The notes beneath the pieces are model-generated. The model saw only the letters and a program-made list of their open reading frames with translations. It had not been told where the DNA came from and did not search any database. Shown here one piece after another: positions 63,791 to 64,000 of a stretch of DNA of 64,000 nucleotides; the first letter of the stretch is position 1; each line of letters begins with the position of its first letter. The stretch covers positions 28,582,001 to 28,646,000 of the forward strand of contig NC_043005.1 of NCBI RefSeq assembly GCF_006345805.1, given 5' to 3'. Both the position numbers and the translations under genes were made by a program. This DNA is from Octopus sinensis (Eukaryota).

Positions 63791-64000
63791 AAGGATAATG
63801 AATAACAGAGAATGTTTATGGACTTGATTTGGACTCTGGCACTGAAGTTGATAATTTTGCTTTTTGTTGCTGGTTAATCTCTGATTCAACAGATTATGAT
63901 CAGAGATTCCAGCCATAACCATCCTGTAGATCCAATGTATCCTTCCTTTTCTTATGACTGTGGCATGTGAATTGAGGGAAATTTGGTTGACTTTCTAGCA

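Overview
AT-rich, microsatellite- and transposon-dense animal genomic DNA. The SINE/LINE repertoire looks like an octopus (coleoid cephalopod) genome; this is inferred from recognisable repeat families, not from a search. The only host gene I can support is a diacylglycerol kinase theta (DGKQ-like) on the + strand. Four small GT-AG exons (36964-37043, 43212-43314, 46878-46966, 60175-60306), none present as an intact ORF-track entry, splice in frame to encode the end of C1 domain 1, all of C1 domain 2 and most of C1 domain 3. The first exon and the catalytic exons were not found and probably lie outside the window. The rest is intronic, or presumed intronic, and holds decayed RTE, CR1-like and RLE-type LINEs, Tc1/mariner/pogo and hAT-type elements, tRNA-derived SINEs and simple repeats. 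The most notable hidden signal is a set of minimal type-I hammerhead ribozyme motifs from about five unrelated sequence families. They sit in short non-coding insertions that show Penelope-like/retrozyme hallmarks: inverted copies and, for one three-copy family, 12-21 bp target-site duplications. The best-preserved motif is at 41553-41597 on the minus strand. TE boundaries are approximate unless a TSD or TIR is quoted.
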